DNA of 63,984 nucleotides, counting the filler, from Choristocarpus tenellus KU-1152 (lineage: Eukaryota; Protista; Phaeophyceae): the NCBI GenBank assembly GCA_964200185.2. It is 12 parts of 12 records of this genome, joined end to end, with 100 filler letters (N's around TTAATTAATTAA, not from the genome) between each part and the next. Parts side by side here need not be neighbours in the genome. Positions count along the whole stretch, not along the records: positions 24,327 to 33,955 come from CAXNAD020003519.1; positions 34,056 to 52,505 come from CAXNAD020000549.1; 10 more parts are not named here. One strand, given 5' to 3'. This document shows, in pieces, positions 26,281 through 39,833 of the stretch (the stretch's first letter is position 1; each line of letters opens with the position of its first letter). The notes beneath the pieces were generated by a model. The model was not told the origin of the DNA, ran no database searches, and worked only from the letters and a program-made list of their open reading frames with translations. A program made the position numbers and the translations under genes.

Positions 26281-27883
26281 CGTTAATCTTAGCGAAAAAT
26301 GTGTTAGTGTGATCCTCGTACCCTGTTCTACTCACTCTGCATTTGACTTAACGTTCGAGTGATACAATACCCCAAAACAGCATATTCTCAACATACTATC
26401 CACAGAAGCCATTTCCCACAAATTCGTAACAACTAATGATATATTGTCAGCAAGACTTTTCTTTCAACAAAATCAAAATCGTTAACCGAAAGTGACACTA
26501 AAATACAGAACAGATTACTTTATATAGCATTGTTGTGGAGCCTTGGTCCTACAGAGAAGTGAAAGAACAATCACAAATACCTGCAGTACAGCAGGCTATT
26601 GTCACCTAACCACCTTTTATCTTTGCGAAGAAAACAAACACTACCAGAACCAGGAAAGATCACACAATCACTAAATAAATGAATGGTGGATGAAGAGAAA
26701 CCCACCTTTTTATATTTCTGATATGTTTATTTCATTATGTTCTCATCGACTCAGAAGTATACCTTCATTCCTTCATCTATCTGCTGACCTGATATTCACG
26801 ATTATCGTTAGACCATTTTTTGACTGTCGCAGTATCCCAGGAGTCCTGTACAAGCATTAGCGCCATCTCTAGGCCTGTGGATTGGAGCTGCACATCCTTG
26901 TGAATATGTATTTTATTCATTAGAGATTGTTAGGGATAAGGAAGTTCGAAAAGGGATTCAAGGAAGAAGGTGGAGGGAAATTAGCCATCCTCTCGAACTG
27001 GGCAACCCAACACAAGAAAAAATCCACGGACAGAAAGACAAGTGGGAGTAGTTATAATCCAACAAGTAGTTGTCAAAATTCGACAAAAAAAGAATTCAAT
27101 ACCTTCGACCCATTTGTCCTTTCTTCTCTCCACATCTCAATGGGTGATCAAATTCATTGTAAATATATATAATTTGGTCGTGGGGGGTTGATCCTGAATG
27201 TATTCTATTGAGAATGATGGCAAGGAATCTAAGGATATTTATGTTCTCCCGCATACTCTTTTCGACACAAAAATATGTGGAAGGTACCATTAGTGTGTGA
27301 AGAAAACCGATAATTGAAAATATTCTTACGTTTGTTTCACTTCGACTCTGTAATATTCTCTTTTCCTTTCTATATTCTCTCCTCTTCTTCGACTCACAAC
27401 TTTGTATTCATATTTCGATTCACTTCAATTTGATAAATTTCCTCCCAAATTCAACATTCTTTAATCTTCTTTTAAGTTCTGTTCTGATTGAAGTTCTGTT
27501 CTGATTGCAACTGTACAACTTCTCGTATCAGTGAGATAGATGGTGAAGACGATATTTTCCCTCACACAAATATGTGTACTATCATTAGAGGTTTATGTAT
27601 TTCACTCTTCATCTCCATCAAAATAATCAGATAGTCGTCAAAGATACCAAAAACACATGTGAATTGCGGTAGAAAGGGTATTAGAATATCGATATTTTGG
27701 CACTTTGACACAAAATATCGATATTTCAAGAAGAAAAACACATCAAAAAATACAAATTTGAAACAACCCCAATACTTGATGAGGTCGTGAACACATCTCA
27801 ATCGACCCGTACTGCTCGCTCATAACCTCTTCCTCACTTCAGTCATTCTCTCCTTGGAAAGAGCAAGCAGTACCAGGGTAAAT

Positions 27884-28279
27884 ATGCCGACCTCACGCAT
27901 CCTCCGGATCGTCTTACTAGTTGTCGCGCTACTTGCGGCAGTTTCCTGCGCCAGTGCAGTCCAAGAATCCAGCGTAGAGACGAGAGTGCAGCGTGGTCTA
28001 CAGACGTGTGGCGCCGCGTGCAAAACGAAGCCCGCGCTAAGAGGTGACGGGACGAAGAGGAAGAAGACCTTCTTCTGCGATGACAGGTGCACATCAATGC
28101 AGGGTGATCCTCTGCTTGGAAAGGGCTGCGGTAAAAAAGGCATTACAAACTGCCGTAAATGCTATTTCAAGAAAAGTAAACTAAAGAAGAAGGCCAAGAA
28201 GGGAAAGCACTTCCCAAAATGCTCTACCGGAGAGACTATCAATAAGAGTGCGCCCTACGTACGCCGTCTCTTGGACTAA
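27884..28279 (+). CDS. Secreted, strongly cationic cysteine-rich protein (131 aa; signal peptide, RGLQ propeptide, 8-Cys mature part)
   Basis: ATG at 27884; hydrophobic N-terminus ending in ASA; 8 Cys, 20 Lys and 6 Arg versus 6 acidic residues in the last 91 aa; intact ORF in CpG-rich DNA. Confidence 0.8.
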   Translation: MPTSRILRIVLLVVALLAAVSCASAVQESSVETRVQRGLQTCGAACKTKPALRGDGTKRKKTFFCDDRCTSMQGDPLLGKGCGKKGITNCRKCYFKKSKLKKKAKKGKHFPKCSTGETINKSAPYVRRLLD

Positions 28280-31200
28280 GATGAGAGATTTTGGAGCAAC
28301 TTCCTTAATTTCTGATCAGGTATGTTTTTTTTTTTGTATTGGGGTGTAGTGTATTGGGAGAACCTAGTGTTTTAGCGCAGGTACGTTATTGTCGTCACCT
28401 TTTTCGCCTTGTTTGCGTAGGAGCGTCAGCACCTACCCTTTCAACTCCTGCTCACTGCACAGAGCTCGGTATGCATGCATGATGCGAAAAGAAACGTTGT
28501 TGGGCACCCTCGTCCGCCTACGGCGAACCTGCTTGCAGACGACACAGCTACTCGGTGTAACAAAATATTTGTTTTCGTTCCTCTCCCTCTTTCTCACACA
28601 ACCTGCTGACAGGCATGCAATTCAGAATGAGTGGTGTCTGTGGTCCTTGGTGAAATTTCTCTCGATAAGACTGTGCTCGGTCCGTGTTTGTTGGTTGTCT
28701 TCTGAAGTCAATGGTCATCGAGTTTTTCTCTGACGAACAACAAACGAAACGTGGTTTTTTTCTCAGGACCGAACAGCTGCTGTGCGATGACTGTTGGGTG
28801 CGTGCTTCCAGCTATCTTGGTCTTTGGTTTGGTCCCTTCGTCTGCGACCCACGGCGCTCATTTTGCGTTAGTGGGGATTCGTTGTCGTGGGAGGAAAGCG
28901 ACGAGGATCGTGGGGTTGATATCTCGTTCTCCTCGTACAACCTCGTGACTTCGGTAATTCGACAAGATGGCTGTTTGATTGGTCTTGATTTCTGATGCCG
29001 GATTCGAAGTTAGGAGAGTAGGAATATAGCAAAACATTATTCGTACCACAATAGGCATCAAGGTTAACTTGTAAGACGCTGTCGCCGTATCGCAATTCTG
29101 TTTGAAGGTTAGCGCATAGACAGGTTGGAGAATGAGTTTAGGTCTTGTTATTTTGACGGTCTGTTTCTTGCTTGTCGTGTTTGGGAACAGCAGTCGTGAT
29201 GCCTGATAGTGCTGTGCTTCAGAATGATACTTATTCAGCCCGAGTGGATGCCGATGTGGTGTACTGGCAGAACTTGATCACCGATTTTGGTTTCTGGTGA
29301 TTGAAACACTACCGGTACTGCATGGGTTGTATTACTATCTGTCGAATATATTGGCAAAGACGTTGCTGACTTGTATGTATCTAATAATATGTACTCCAAA
29401 AAAATATAGTATTGATAATATTTAATCGAACCTTGGGCGTGCCACGCCACCCGTGGTATGGACCTAGGCTTGGAAAACTGGAACTAGGACTTGCTTCTGT
29501 GCTCTTTCCAGACGGCAAACCACTCCTCTATATACCTACGGTCTTCTTAGGTATGAAGCCATGACCTGCTCAAGAAAAATTGAAGAGAACATGACAGAGG
29601 GATCGATTGTGATGTTCAAAACAAGTATACTACTGATAAATGTATTTTTCATCGTGTACCCAAAAGCACAGTCCACCTGTGGTAAGAGGAGAGAAGTTAC
29701 ACGTCCAAGAGAATCAACACCGGATAATAACCGTATTGGTCTTGACTCACAGTTCCATTATTTTAAATCCTCTATATTGCTAGATGTAAGGCCGGGGATG
29801 TTTGTACCTGGCTGTAACATTCACCCTCGCTTTCTCTTCAACCGCTTGCCTTGTCTAAGGATATGGAGGGTCTAGTTCTCGCAGGATCATATTTATTTCA
29901 TGCAGTCTGGCAGGAGGTGGGCCTGTATGTGTGATGCCAATGATTGTTGTTGTTGGTCAATAATTCCCCTTTTGCCGCGCACGCCGAAGCTGAAAGTACA
30001 CACATGGGCGGCTATATATCCTGATCATCACACACATTAGTCTGATGCAATGGTGCTCAAACGTTTGGCAAGTGTGTTGTCGTGGAAGAAAAGCAACGAA
30101 AAACGGATAGAATATGCCTGAACGTGTAGTTGTTAGAGAGAGGGACAATACCAAAAGGTAAAGACAGAGAGAACACCTAACATCTACGTGTGAAGTGTAT
30201 ACTTTATGTGGTGGGCACGACCTGAAATGCAAATGCAACAAGAGGGGGCCAACGAAATTGCTTCGACTAAAGAATTGCATCATTACACGGTATCTTGAAG
30301 AAGAAACACATGCTGAAAGAACGACGTTTGGGAGAAGCGAGGAAGGATCAGCAATCGAAGTCTCCCCACACTTAAACCGACAGGTGTGACCTCCATCATC
30401 TCCGATAACAAGTTCAACCCAAGACATACATCCCCTTACAGACGGTTTCAAGATTAGACCACAGGTACCGTACACCCACCATCAACACATAAATACTACC
30501 AATAGTATCAGCAACAGGCTCGTGGACTAAACCCAAAGCACGTTACCATTAGTTAGAGAGATAGATGTGTTTGGTGATCGTGACCACCTTTGCATGTGGC
30601 ACGATGTGTAGCTACTTTGTCTTCCCTAGAATGCTAGTCGTATGTTTCGCTCCATCCTCCGCAGACATGCTCCGCTATTGTTCTAGATTTTCTGCAGCAA
30701 ATACGCTACACTTCTCAGAACACTCAAAAGTCATCTTACTTGGAGGCACTACCACCTGTTTTTCTTCTGTTCTCCCCCATTCTCCTTTTGTTTCTCAGCT
30801 GCAAGTTCCCCAAGCATCAAGTTATTGGACAAGGGAGGATCCTCCATGCATGCCACGGGACCTGCAAATGGTTGATGAGGCAGTTTCCTGGATGGATTTT
30901 GGGTTCGGACTTGAACCTCGTTCACACCGGACTCAATCAAGACAATCTGACTTTGATGGTCCAATTCACATGGCAATCACAACGAATATATTTGTCCATC
31001 TGTACACCTGTAGAGCTCTATCATCCTATCTGTTGCTTACCCACAAGAACAACCGACCAAGATTGAGGTGGCAACGTCGAGTGGTCCAGCCAACACAGGG
31101 TTGGAGGAATGACACGGAGCGGCGAGGTGTGAGGTTGCTGAACACCATGTGCGAAAAGAGACCCACCAATGGGAGCAGTACGATTACTCATAGTGCAACA

Positions 31201-32390
31201 ATTAGTTTTAAACAAATATTAGTAGTAGTTGGTACGGTGCTAAGTGGTAACTCTGACTACAGATGGAATAGTTGTCGGACAAAATTGAAGAATGCGGTAG
31301 TAACGACAACAGCGTAATCATCCAGAATAATATAAATCCAATATACAAAAACGTATATTGAGGGTATTAGTAATGAACTCTACATGTTGTGTTATACTAC
31401 CACTCTGCAATGTATATATATTTTAGTAGAGGAAGCTGATTGGATTCTTTCTCTCTGGGATACGGATTGAAGTGAAACCAACCCATCTCTCATGTGGAGT
31501 TCTGTATGCCATAGAGTACGTAATCTTCTACAATGCTTTGCATTGTAAGAAGTTCGAACAAAAAATCATGTTGGACTCCTGTCTGCACCTCCTCGACTCG
31601 ATCGAGCCCACACATTCCAACGACATGACTTCTCTTCTACGTCTGGCAAAAGAATTTACGGCGATCACCAACAACCTAGTGAAGATGAAGATAGAGAGAT
31701 TGATGTTGGAACAGAAAAGCATTATATTGGTGTTGATGATGGCTTTCCTAACATTTCAACACTATTCTTACATATACACTTTTCGTTACCACTCATTATA
31801 CCACTAGACACCACATCACACCAACACGTGACAATGACGGTGTTCAGGATCTTCAACGTGTCAAAGGAACCACCTGAAGGCAAATTTAAACTTTATCCTT
31901 GACACCATACATAAGCATCATTATCATGTATGTACGCGAGTATGTATGTCGATCTTCCAATCAGAGACGAAAAAGCGAGAGAGATAGAAAGACAAACCGA
32001 ACTCGTCACAGAGAGACTAAAAACTGGGGATGACACAACCAAAAGAGGACAAATCGGATAATTTCCTCCTCGAAAATAACGGGGAACGTGAGAGAGACAC
32101 AAGAAACAAGAGACGAGGGCTACAAGAGAAGGAAAAGAGAACAACGGAAACCGAAAAAGCATTGTCATGTTCTAACATAAGTACACGTTTTCCTCTCCCT
32201 CTGAACTTGACACCTACAGGAGGAGTCCAGCAACGATTTACGACATATAAATAATAGAGAGAAGATCAAAGGGGAAAGAGTTGGAACTGAAAACGGCAAG
32301 ACAGGGGATGAGCATATGAGTGTTTGCGATCCCTGTGTACTAACATAGGGATACTATGAGATAGAAGGAACTGGTGTGATTTGTCTCTGG

Positions 32391-32430
<40 letters not shown>
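32391..32430. repeat. (TC)n microsatellite
   Basis: Near-perfect TC run. Confidence 0.95.
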
Positions 32431-32434
<4 letters not shown>

Positions 32435-32871
32435 CATGCTGTACAAAGTTTCTGATAATATTCTTCCTTATATTGTTTAGATCGATCAAGTTGACGATAA
32501 TACAATAGGGAACGTGGATTGGAATACAGGTCTATTTACGCGTCTATAGGAAGGGGCGTGAGTATGGAGGTGGTACACATCTCAGGAGTGTTGCATGTCA
32601 GATATCTTTCTGTGATGTTGTGTGGATACACGATGGGACTCCAGACCTCAACCCTTTTGTTTAAGTGTAATTGTAATTGGCGGAAGTGATATCGACAAGA
32701 GGATAATATAATTTGAAGCAACGAATTTTGTTTGTACTTTACTTTGTGAGAGTATGATGAATTGTATATTATCGGCTCATGTGATACTTTAAAGTTGTGG
32801 CTGAGAATGTTACATGTATGCTCGACTGGGCGGTTTGGATGGGTTGCTTCAATGTTTTATCTCCATGTTTT

Positions 32872-33058
32872 GGCTCAAAGTATCTGTGAGGGGGGGGGGG
32901 GGGATCTACACCATGGTGTCCATTTGGGCCCTGACAAGGAGAAGTGTGAACTTACATTACCCATCCGACACATGCAGCCAAATTCACCCAAAAATCGCGA
33001 CATGGAAAAATGGGTCCCGAATGGACAACCGCGATCCCCCCCCTAGATAGTTTGAGGC
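32872..33058 (+). mobile_element. MITE family B, full copy
   Basis: GGCTCAAAGTATCTG...CTAGATAGTTTGAGGC; TTTT on both sides. Confidence 0.85.
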
Positions 33059-33099
33059 TTTTGTGCGTATTGACCCAAGTATCATCATGACCTACTTGA

Positions 33100-33204
33100 G
33101 GGCAAAGGTATCTTGGGGGGGGGTGATGGATGACCATTTGGGGCCCACTTTTCCGTGTCGCGAGGTTTGGGCAATTTGGTCGCATACGTCGGATGGGTAA
33201 TGTA
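33100..33204 (-). mobile_element. MITE family B, partial inverted copy
   Basis: gggcaaaggtatcttggggg...gaccatttggggcccacttttccgtgtcgcg...gtcggatgggtaatgta is the reverse complement of the right half of 32872-33058. Confidence 0.8.
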
Positions 33205-34364
33205 TTCAAATAGGGTTGGCGGCTGTAGCCTCTTGTCGTCGTGTTCAGGAAGTATGGAAAAATACACAGTCGTTTGTTTCGGTTAGGGTTATTGTTTAGA
33301 TTTGATCAGTCCACTGATTGGTCCCAGTCATCACGGTTGAGGTGAAATATAGTACAGAGACGAGTTCTGGATAGACGCATGTCGAATTTTGGCATACAGG
33401 GCGTGTAGGTGGGCGTCAGGGTTAGGGTCAGGGTTACAGTGGGGGCGAACCAGGGCTATCTTCGAGTTTATGAAAGGGAGTACTTCTTTTGTTTGATCAA
33501 AATGCACAAATGAGATCAAATCCGAAGTACAACAGGTATTTCGTCAGGTCCTTCAAATGCCGCAAAAAATGTATAGGAAAGGATACTGCGGGAGCACACA
33601 TTGAGGCAGATTCTTCGAGGATCTCGTCGTTTGCCCACTAGACTGTTGACTCTTCACATAATGCACTGTTTTTCCTGGTAACCTCACGGTGTACTTAGTT
33701 ATAAACCTCTTTTTTTGCTCTAAAAGTACATGCTTGTATAACATATCACAGAATGTTCCACACGATTTGGAGAGCATGTGCAATCCGTTTGTTTAGTCCG
33801 TAAGGCATCGAAGACATCAAATCTTGAATCCTTCATCATCTTAGCATTGGAGAAACCTCACGGGCGGGCAATTTCTGACATCTCTCTTCCCCATGTCAAG
33901 CACAAATAGGGGGAGGGGGGAGGGGGGAGGGGGGAGGGGAGAGGGAGGTGGGGGGNNNNNNNNNNNNNNNNNNNNNNNNNNNNNNNNNNNNNNNNNNNNT
34001 TAATTAATTAANNNNNNNNNNNNNNNNNNNNNNNNNNNNNNNNNNNNNNNNNNNNGATAATTGATAGTAATGTCTTTGTCAGGCGACAACGAAAATATTG
34101 TCTGGGTTCTTATAGTACAACAAGAAGAATCCTAGAAAAGGAATGTTGTAGCAAGTAACATAGCAAGTAACATAGCAAGTAATCATGGACTGGGTGATGT
34201 GTTATTAGAATATGTGAATCGTAAGGTGATGACCCCCTTTGAGCTTTGAAGTTCACTCTCCTTCCTTACGCCTTCCTTACTTCATGTAAACCTGTTCTGC
34301 ATAATAAGAATTAATTGAGTTATTTACATACACAAGTCTTGGGAACACCATTTTTTTTTACAAG

Positions 34365-34942
34365 TTGAAACGCCTAGCGGACGGAAGGTTGGAGAGGAGG
34401 GAGGGGTGTCCTTCAAGGGGTCGTGGGTGTCGCCTGTATCTGTTGCTATCCTTGGGGCATCATTGTCCCCGTGTGAAAAATGTCAAGAAGGTTGGCATGG
34501 CAAGGAAAGGTCATTCTTTGGATTGGACAGGTTCCCGACCTGTATTTGTTCCTGCATATTCAGAAGTGATGCCTGGTGCAGGGGGGGCGACAGAGGAGTT
34601 GGGGAAAGGCTGTGTCAAGAAGGTGTTTGAAGATACCATAAATTTACATGCAGGATCTTCTTTGAGAGACTTGCAGGGGATGTTGGCAGTGATTTAGGAC
34701 ATGGTGAGAGTTACGTGGAAGGTGTTCCTGGAAATTATGTTGATCTAGAGGGGCAGGCCTGGAAAGATGACTCAGAAAATGATGTTTATTCTAACATTTA
34801 CCAAAGAGGGTTAGGGATAGGGTTAGCTGAGTCTGGAGTGGTGCCCTCTACCTTGACTTCCGCATCGGGTGCTACCAGTAATAGTAGTACGAAGCCGGTT
34901 TTGCTTGGACTTGGCTGCAGTAGTCCGATGTATGATCTATGA
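34365..34942 (+). pseudogene. Large Gly/Glu/Ser-rich exon broken by frameshifts; probably the upstream part of the kinase gene at 36857-38819
   Basis: ttttttttacAAG acceptor; protein-like reading shifts between ORFs 34406, 34365 and 34715. Confidence 0.35.
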
Positions 34943-35200
34943 TCTATGATTGGGGACAGAGCTTGCTGACGGTAGACAAGGTGTGGGGAGGGGCAGGAAA
35001 GGAGGAAGGGGGGGGGGAGTTCAAGGGAGTTCACATCTCCAGGGAAAGCAACAGGACAGAGGTCATTTTCATCTGCACGAGGTCTGTACTTTATCTGTTG
35101 TATTATTATTATTGTTATCATTATTATTAATTTGGATTATGGTACATAGGATCTGGTAGGTTCTGATAGTGGAAGATAATAACACCGCTTGAAGTAGTTG

Positions 35201-35240
35201 GGGTTAGGGTTAGGGTTAGGGTTAGGGTTAGGATTAGGTT
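35201..35240 (+). repeat. Interstitial telomeric (TTAGGG)n tract
   Basis: Five perfect GGGTTA units plus degenerate ones. Confidence 0.9.
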
Positions 35241-35447
35241 GTGCTGTTTGTTGGTGTTGAGTTTATGTTGACCACATAAAGGAAAAAAAGGAGATATTGA
35301 TAGGAGGTGATGTGCTGATTGTGTAGAAATTACATTTCATTGAAAAGATTGGATTGGTTGGATTGGATTGTTGCAGTCATGACTGGGCTTAGTGTGTAAC
35401 TGTACTTGTATCTCTAAGTGCAATTGGTGTGAGAGTGGGAGTGGGAA

Positions 35448-35518
35448 TGAAAGGAAAGGAAAGGAAAGGAAAGGAGAGGAAAGGAAAGGAAAGGAAAGGA
35501 GAGGAAAGGAAAGGAAAG
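35448..35518. repeat. (GAAAG)n pentanucleotide microsatellite
   Basis: Tandem GAAAG/GAGAG units. Confidence 0.9.
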
Positions 35519-36856
35519 ACTTAGTGGGGTGTTTTATGGACACGGACAAACATGATTGATTCTGGAACACATTGTATTGGGTTGTGTTGACAAGATGGCG
35601 GTGACCATGCTGGGAGATGTACATATTGTTTTGTTGTTTTGCAGTTTTAAGACAGCATTAGGTACACCCTCTCCCGACTCAGTAGAAAAACGTTTGCCTG
35701 CCGTTGTAAGTGCATTGTGGTCTCATTCGCTGTAGCCTTACTATGTCCTCAGTCTTCCACAAGACCTCACCTCATGTCTTGCGTTGAGTGCAGCGAAGTA
35801 GGAGTGGTGATAGGTAGAGACTTCAAGTAGATAACGTTTCTGTACGCATTCATCATGTTCATGATTTTTGGGCATTGTCAGTTATTGTTGCGTATGTTCT
35901 GAGTATAATCTATTATCTATTGGGTAGATTCAATGTTAGGGTTAGGGATGATTATTCTAATGGTTAAGTACTGATAGGTCTTGTAAGAGTGTTGATTATG
36001 TAAGGACAGTCTTGTTGTGCACTTGTGTGGGCTAAACCCTAACCCTATTGATACACTGATTTGGTACATGAAACTTTTTTTTAATTGAAGAGATACTGAA
36101 ACAACGTATTATGGGTATCATGTCCGTTGGAAGTAACCCTAACCCCAACCTTGATTGCTGGTGTTAAATATTGTGCTATTAGCAGGAATTTTCTAAGAAT
36201 TTTGGCTTAGTTAAAATGAATTCCATGAGTGGAGTACAGTACATATTTTCTGTGGCACGTGAAAATAAGGGACAGACACACCTGACGCTTTGTTTTTTAC
36301 TTGGTTCTGACGTGGATAGGTTGAAAATACTCCCCTACCTAGTGATTTTAATAGTTGCAGTGCATCATCCTCTAATAGGATCAGGCATTCTTGTTTGGAA
36401 GGAACGAAAATTTTTCTTGGAGTCTCTTGATATTGAAGTTATAATTGGGGTTAGGATTCTTTTATTGGTATAGTTATCACAAGTCAATGAATGTTGCTCT
36501 AAGCTTGCTCCCTACTTTTTTCTTTAGTATTGATCGGGGTATCAAGTATTTTATTGTCAGTGTTATTGTCAGTGTTGGTGAAATGGCTACTAACTAGCGT
36601 GAAATAAACCAATGGCATTGTGTAGTATTTGATGTATGCTATCAAAAATGGTATATTGTGTATATCAGTGGTATACCTTATATTGTCGTACCCATCTACT
36701 GATCCTTCCAATGTGTGGTTGGGTGCAATATACAATTTTGGACAAAATTGTCGGCCTGGTGGGGGGGTTTTCTATACTAATTTGGTACTATTGTAGTAGT
36801 AACAGCATTATACTATTTGTTGTATTGTACATGATATTGTATTGATATCATGTCAG

Positions 36857-37009
36857 GGAAGAGGAGAAGGGTCATGAAGGGGCACAGAAGGAGGGGGAGT
36901 GAAGGACTGGGTCTACTACACCTTGAGGCAGTGAAGGAAACACACCAGCAACAAAGGGAAGAGAGGGTCAATACTTCTGCACCATTGGAGGGACTGCAGC
37001 ATGGGAGGA
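36857..37009 (+). CDS. Exon upstream of a kinase domain (KRRRVMKGHRRRGSEGLG...LQHGR)
   Basis: tgtcAG acceptor, GTAAGT donor, 153 nt, phase 1-1, compatible with the exon at 38692. Confidence 0.55.
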
Positions 37010-38691
37010 GTAAGTAATTGTTTTGATCACACGTTGTATGTCATGTGTTTCACATTACTAATATTAATTGTAGGCACTGATATCATATGGACATGATGGT
37101 TGTTGAACCCCTTACCCTTTTTTGTCAAAAGTTGTTGTAGATTGAGCCTTGGTTGAGAAGATCTGACAGTAATAGCTTCTGGTATTATGTATTAATAGGG
37201 ATATAGTGAGAAAAGAACAAAAAGGCTCTATTCATGCTTCATACTTAATGTTTAGAATATATTATGATATGAATAGGTGACTATTTGTGAGAATGTTAAT
37301 GTCAGTTACTGACTTAGGGTTAGAGTAATATACAGGATTTGTAGCTGTGAATATATTTTTAATGTGTATTAGCAAGTGTCGTTTGATGTTGTGGCAGTTA
37401 CAAGTTATGAGGTTGTTTGATCCAGTGGACGTATTTGAAGTAAATCCACTGCAAGCACAGCCCCAACCCTAACCTTACCTCTAACCTTAGTCGGAGGAAG
37501 AATGCCTCCCAGGCCTTTGCCATCAATTTGTTGTTGTTATAAGACATCATAAATGTTGAAGGCATAAAGGTGTCGAGTCAAGCGTATTGGTACTTCAACA
37601 ATGGTTGTGTAAGATGTGATAATAGAGATATATATATATATAGTACAACAATTGTGGAATAAGAATAAGTTATCTCTTTTTGAAGCAATACAGACTGACT
37701 GATTTTGGTGTTGTGATAACTTGTAATTTACAAATGCATGTTTCTCCTTTCTCCTTTCACCCACATGACTACATCTGCAAAATGATATTGGGCATAATGT
37801 GTATAATTATTAAAGTTGGCATTGGTATGGTATGCAGGTTTGACTGTTCCTTTTTTATTTATTACGGTATGTATTTGAATCCTTTTGAAGCACAGTGTTG
37901 AAATAAGCACCCTCTGCTCTACATGTTCAAGAGTATACGCTGTGTAGAAAGGTATCCACTATATACAATAATAATGCTAATGATATAGATAACGTTACAG
38001 ATAATAGTTACTCCAACATATGTTGTTTCGTAATGTTAATAGTTCCTATTCTGTAAGTCCTGTTACCATTTATCCGGACAAAGACTGGTTGTTTTTCTTA
38101 ATGTGATGGGTATACCTGTTTTGATAATCACACAGTACTTTGGTCACACATGCACCTTTTTTTAGTTTATACTAACATAGTTACATAATGTGGATCAATG
38201 GTGTTGACATTAGTGCAATAACACATTATTAATGGAATATTACTATGTGTTCAGATTCATACTATTATTTCTGTACTTGAGGAGTATACTGGATTAGTAA
38301 TCAGTGCAGCTCTCACAACACCTCAACAAACACCATTATACCACTAGACCATTATAATCTTGTATCATGAGTCAATTTGACAATTGCCACCATTATAATG
38401 AATGAATATATTCAATAATTGAACACAATTTATTACGCCACTTGAACTTACATGTATTGATATAGATACCAATTAGACATTTAGCGCATCCCGGGAGGGT
38501 AAGGTCAAGATAGCACAAACATCAACCTCTTTACACCAATCAAATGATATGCTTGTAGCATTCCTCCAATAGGATGCAGTTGTATGGTATTAGCAGCGCA
38601 ACACCCTTCCCACTAGTAGCAGTATTAATAATAATGTTATTGTGACTGTCATTGATGTTGTTCGCATGTTTTTGTGTTGGGTGTGTTGCAG

Positions 38692-38819
38692 TGCTATCTT
38701 TAGATGTGTCACGAGTTGGGAGGGACATGTTTTCAGCTGCTGCTACTGCTGCTAGCCTTGATCTTGACTTTGGTGAACTGGACCTTACTCACCTCATTGG
38801 AGAAGGGGGTTTTGGTCAG
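38692..38819 (+). CDS. Exon with the start of a TKL-like protein kinase domain (LDLDFGELDLTHLIGEGGFGQ)
   Basis: ttgcAG acceptor, CAG|GTATAT donor, IGEGGFG Gly-rich loop. No later subdomains found downstream on this strand, so probably a truncated pseudogene. Confidence 0.75.
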
Positions 38820-39833
38820 GTATATGTATGTGTATTTTATTATGGTTACTTGTATGAAGTAACTGCCACTTTTTTTGTATTGTAAGGTCCATCTATTCTA
38901 GATACATGCCAAGTGTGGCATTGTATCAATAGATACCCCACTGGTGTACTTGAAATGATGGTAAACCACCAACGAATTGTTTTACAAAAAGAGGTACAAT
39001 GAGTATTGTTTAGAAATAAGGTACTATCTCTTGATACAGGGTTAGTTTTATAGGTGGGGACACAATTTGACAATTTTGTTTTATCATAATTTTTGTTTTT
39101 TGTGGTGTGTTGTGTGTTATGTTTTTGTGAGCACAGTGATAACAAAGAAGAAGCTGCTTTGTTACTGGATGATTGTGCCTTGGAAGAATCTCCCCCCCTA
39201 GAGAGAGATCCTGTTGTTGCCAGTTCAGTATCATCATTTTTTGTAATATTTTGTTTGTGTCGTAGTTACTATGGATATGGTGGTATTCTTAGGGTTTGGG
39301 TCAGGGGATATCAAGTGTACCATTTGGAGAAGATTTGCTATAGGTGTGGCAATGCCAGTGATCTACTACTTTCAAGTATTAATTAAATCTATTGTTGTGT
39401 ATCACCTATGTTCTGCTGATAAGGTGGTTCCAGTAGCTTTGCCCTCCGTGGCAATCGTAGTTTTTTATCATCAGATAACCACAACCGTCATACAGGATTG
39501 CATATATCAAATGAACGGGTATGACAAGAGGGTTTGAAGGTTTTTATCCACGAATGTTCAGGCTTTGGGGAACGGGAACTATGTACCGATCAAGTAATGG
39601 AAAAAAAAACGGGGGAACATCCCCGGCGCAATTTTGGAGATGAAGACTTCAAAATGGACAAAAATGAAGTGGTTGGACGAACTCCTTGCAAAAACCTGGT
39701 CTGGGTTAGGTCGCTGCCGAATTTGGGGCCGTGTGGTGATACTGAAAAGAAGAGAAGCAAGATTTCCGGACATGTTTTTAACACCTTTTGCAGACTCTCT
39801 GTGAGCACACACACACGTGACTTACACAGCAAC

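Noticed and set aside
30565-31317. 250-aa ORF
   Set aside because: No recognisable motif, atypical composition and competing frames; cannot be supported as a gene.
35645-35812. Additional exon of the + strand kinase gene
   Set aside because: Splice-like signals exist but the frame and phase are ambiguous and stops are present.
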